Assembly: GCF_002803295.2 (NCBI RefSeq)
Contig: NZ_PGGB02000014.1
Span: forward strand, 4,196-36,195
Origin: Caedibacter taeniospiralis
GTDB lineage: Bacteria; Pseudomonadota; Gammaproteobacteria; Francisellales; Francisellaceae
Direction of reading: 5' to 3'
Length of the DNA: 32,000 bases
Below, piece by piece: positions 29,665 to 32,000 of this stretch (position 1 is its first letter; every line of letters begins with the position of its first letter). The translations under genes and the position numbers were made by a program. The notes below the pieces were generated by a model. The model worked only from the letters and a program-made list of their open reading frames with translations. It had not been told where the DNA came from and made no database searches.

Positions 29665-30924
29665 ATGATGCAATCAGATAACAGCCGCCTACTGATCAGT
29701 ATTTTAATGCTCACGATCATCATTGATGTCATGGGAGTAGGTCTGGTTTTCCCAGTGATCCCAGAAATCATGATGTCAAAACAAAGTCCATTTTTTGACA
29801 TAAATACACCTGAGTCACTGCGTAATTTTTATTATGGACTGTCGATGGCAGTATGGCCCTTGGGCATCTTCATCGGTAGCGCAATCATTGGGAGGCTATC
29901 CGATAAATATGGGCGGAAGCTTATGATTATCGCTTCTTTAGCAGGAACCATCCTGGCTTATTTACTGTCGGTGAGTTCATTTGCATTGGAATCACTGACT
30001 GTTTTTATGCTAAGTCGCTTTATCTGTGGTTTTTTTGGTGGCAGTTTTAGTATTGCGCAAGCCGTCATGCTAGATATTTCTGATGAAAAAAGTCGGCTTA
30101 AAAACCTGAGTTTAATCACACTTTCCGCCTCTATTGGTTTTGTTTTTGGACCTGTAATCACCACCATCGTCGGTCTACTGTCACAAACAACCTATCAGGC
30201 AATCAGTTTGCCATTTTGGTTTGGTGCGGGATTTTCAGTGATTAATCTATTAAGCGTTTGCTTCTTCTTGCCTGAAACCTATACCAAACGCATTAAAGAT
30301 CAAAAGCTTAAACTGATCAATCTCATCTTTAGCTTCCGAGTGATGTTTGTTGACAAGCGTGTACGAATATTGGCACTGGCATTTTTAATGCTGCAAATCG
30401 GTTGGGGTTATTATGCACAAGGATTACCCTTAGTGCTTGATCAAGCGTTTGGCTTTAAGTCAGCAAGCATTGGTTGTGTCTTTGTGATTATGAGTCTCGG
30501 CTTTGCCTTTTCAACACTCTATTTTCAAAATATCGTGCTAAAGCGTCTTAATAGTCATGTGGCAATGCTGTTAAGTGGTATTGTCATTGGTTTGCTGATT
30601 GCCATGTGCACATTTTTTTTAAGCCCAGGCTCGATGATTATTAGTGCTTTTGTTGGGGCACTCTTGCAAATTATTTTTTATACTGCGCTGTTGTCGGTGA
30701 TTGCAGGCAAAGTTCATAGCCACGAACAAGGGGCAATTATGGGCGGGACCACTTCAGTTTTTGGTATTGCCTGGGCGGTTAATGCTTTCACCCTTGGTTT
30801 GTTTATAACGCTATATCTACTGCTTCCGCTCTACTTAGCAGCTGCAGCAATTATTATTGCGGGGTTATTTGCAAAACTGGATAAAGGCAGATGCACTGGC
30901 TTATGCCAAAGACAAGCAGGTTGA
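29665..30924 (+). CDS. MFS transporter, tetracycline-resistance/multidrug (TetA-like) family
   Basis: 419 aa, 12-TM type: LTIIIDVMGVGLVFPVIPEIM...IIGRLSDKYGRKLMIIASLAGTILAYLL...FICGFFGGSFSIAQAVMLDISDEKSR. Confidence 0.85.
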   Translation: MMQSDNSRLLISILMLTIIIDVMGVGLVFPVIPEIMMSKQSPFFDINTPESLRNFYYGLSMAVWPLGIFIGSAIIGRLSDKYGRKLMIIASLAGTILAYLLSVSSFALESLTVFMLSRFICGFFGGSFSIAQAVMLDISDEKSRLKNLSLITLSASIGFVFGPVITTIVGLLSQTTYQAISLPFWFGAGFSVINLLSVCFFLPETYTKRIKDQKLKLINLIFSFRVMFVDKRVRILALAFLMLQIGWGYYAQGLPLVLDQAFGFKSASIGCVFVIMSLGFAFSTLYFQNIVLKRLNSHVAMLLSGIVIGLLIAMCTFFLSPGSMIISAFVGALLQIIFYTALLSVIAGKVHSHEQGAIMGGTTSVFGIAWAVNAFTLGLFITLYLLLPLYLAAAAIIIAGLFAKLDKGRCTGLCQRQAG

Positions 30925-30963
30925 TGAAAATAAATATTCTCTAACTTGTCCGTCCTGCTTTTA

Positions 30964-31101
30964 TTACCTTGGCAAAGACTTAGATTCCATTACTTTTGTT
31001 GCTATCTTAAATAAGCGTGCATAGACCGCATATGCAGCGCTGCGTACACCTGTTATGTGATTCATCAAGCGCTCTAAGGGTTTTTGTTGCGGTATTAGCA
31101 T
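30964..31101 (-). CDS. Possible small protein (45 aa) of unknown function
   Basis: MLIPQQKPLERLMNHITGVRSAAYAVYARLFKIATKVMESKSLPR; sits between two annotated genes, downstream of the vanX-like gene. Composition only. Confidence 0.25.
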   Translation of the reverse strand: MLIPQQKPLERLMNHITGVRSAAYAVYARLFKIATKVMESKSLPR

Positions 31102-31118
31102 CCATTCCTGAGCTTGAC

Positions 31119-31721
31119 TTATACGATATCGAAATCAAATATTTTATTGGCGAAAGGTTCATCAATTAAACGAAAATGCCACCATTCTGTATCAATCGGT
31201 TCAAAGCCAGCACTGAGCATATGCTCACGCAAAAGCTGCCGATTCGCAATTGCTTGAGCAGATACATGCGTGCTATCAGGATGTGATAAAGGATCCATGA
31301 AATCAAAACAGGTTCCCATATCAAGCTCTTGACCTTGCTGATCGACCAGAGTTAGATCAACCGTGCTACCACTGCAATGGTTTGAGGTTTTACTGAAATA
31401 CCCCTTGGCAAATAAATCCTTTTTGGCAAGGTTCGGATAGTAGTCTGATTGTGTGGCATCATCGTTCACATCTTGCGACCATTGCCAAAAATCCATGACT
31501 GCCTTCCTGGGTCGATATGCGTCCCAAATGAATAAACTCAATCCCAAACGGTTAATGTTTTTTTGCACGTCTTGTAATGCACGCAAACACACCTTTGTCA
31601 TTATACATTTATTAGAATAGTAGCCATTCACTTGACGACCGAGAATATTACCATCCGAGCTATATTTTATATCCCAGAAAATATTTTCATTACCTGCTAA
31701 AGCAACAAATTCACTATCCAT
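31119..31721 (-). CDS. D-alanyl-D-alanine dipeptidase (VanX/DdpX family)
   Basis: FWDIKYSSDGNILGRQVNGY...LSLFIWDAYRPRKAVMDFW...SNHCSGSTVDLTLVD...FEPIDTEWWHF (zinc-site SxHxxGxAxD / ExWH-type motifs). ATG at 31721 preceded by GGAGG; the track start at 31781 runs into intron-like sequence. Confidence 0.88.
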   Translation of the reverse strand: MDSEFVALAGNENIFWDIKYSSDGNILGRQVNGYYSNKCIMTKVCLRALQDVQKNINRLGLSLFIWDAYRPRKAVMDFWQWSQDVNDDATQSDYYPNLAKKDLFAKGYFSKTSNHCSGSTVDLTLVDQQGQELDMGTCFDFMDPLSHPDSTHVSAQAIANRQLLREHMLSAGFEPIDTEWWHFRLIDEPFANKIFDFDIV

Positions 31722-31740
31722 AAAGCGCCTCCACTTAGTT

Positions 31741-31830
31741 CTTAGTTGTAGAGTAGGTCGCTGATTTGATTTTATCTCCACAGAGACCCCTCGTCAAACC
31801 GTGCGTAAAGTTTTCCCTTACACGGCTTTC
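31741..31830 (-). ncRNA. Possible group II intron fragment/relic
   Basis: Minus strand GAAAGCCGTGTAAGGGAAAACTTTACGCACGGTTTGACGAGGGGTCTCTGTGGAGATAAAATCAAATCAGCGACCTACTCTAC. The CCGTG-UAAGG/CUUUA-CACGG hairpin (31799-31825) followed by GAGGGG resembles a conserved segment of bacterial group II introns. Confidence 0.45.
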
Positions 31831-32000
31831 CGAAAGACTTCTTCCGTCAACTTTACAGCTCATCTAAATATAACCTCCCTTAATTCTTTTATGTTGCACA
31901 AATGCCCTACTCATAATAATAAAGTTTATGGGTAGTTTCATAGAAAAATGAGGGTGGATGGTCTCTCCATCCCTTGCTATGTTTAGCGTGCTTTTTCTTA

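Noticed and set aside
1-32000. CRISPR array or restriction-modification, retron, or CBASS-type defence locus
   Set aside because: No regularly spaced direct repeats and no Cas, methyltransferase/endonuclease pair, reverse transcriptase or cyclase motifs were seen in the translated frames.

Overview
The window is a gammaproteobacterial chromosome segment, mostly housekeeping genes. The gene set and several signs of gene loss suggest, by inference only, a host-associated Legionellales/Coxiella-like lineage. From the left it contains: the 3' end of an Rhs gene with a polymorphic toxin tip and a tandem set of immunity-like ORFs; a decayed intergenic zone with two copies of a MITE-like element, each with its own target-site direct repeat; a DUF1703-type AAA-ATPase/PD-(D/E)XK protein; a PglF/CapD-like epimerase/dehydratase; rdgB; ybeD-lipB; two transporters; the thrS-infC-rpmI-rplT operon (infC starts at ATT); tRNA-Ser(GCU)-csrA; a bifunctional spoT/rel; ugd; dksA; cydA followed by a collapsed cydB relic; nusB; rsmG; a LysM lipoprotein; purE; an unusual GDPD-CinA fusion; rmuC; a HemY-like FAD oxidoreductase; a zapG-like gene; a Tet-type MFS transporter; a vanX-like dipeptidase; and a possible group II intron relic. 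The strongest second-look items are the MITE-like pair (1958-2025 and 2425-2610), the cydB collapse next to an intact cydA, the GDPD-CinA fusion, the Rhs toxin/immunity cassette series with a possible orphan toxin tail, and a separate palindromic repeat family (2247-2298 and 11097-11144). I found no CRISPR array and cannot support a wholly new defence system.
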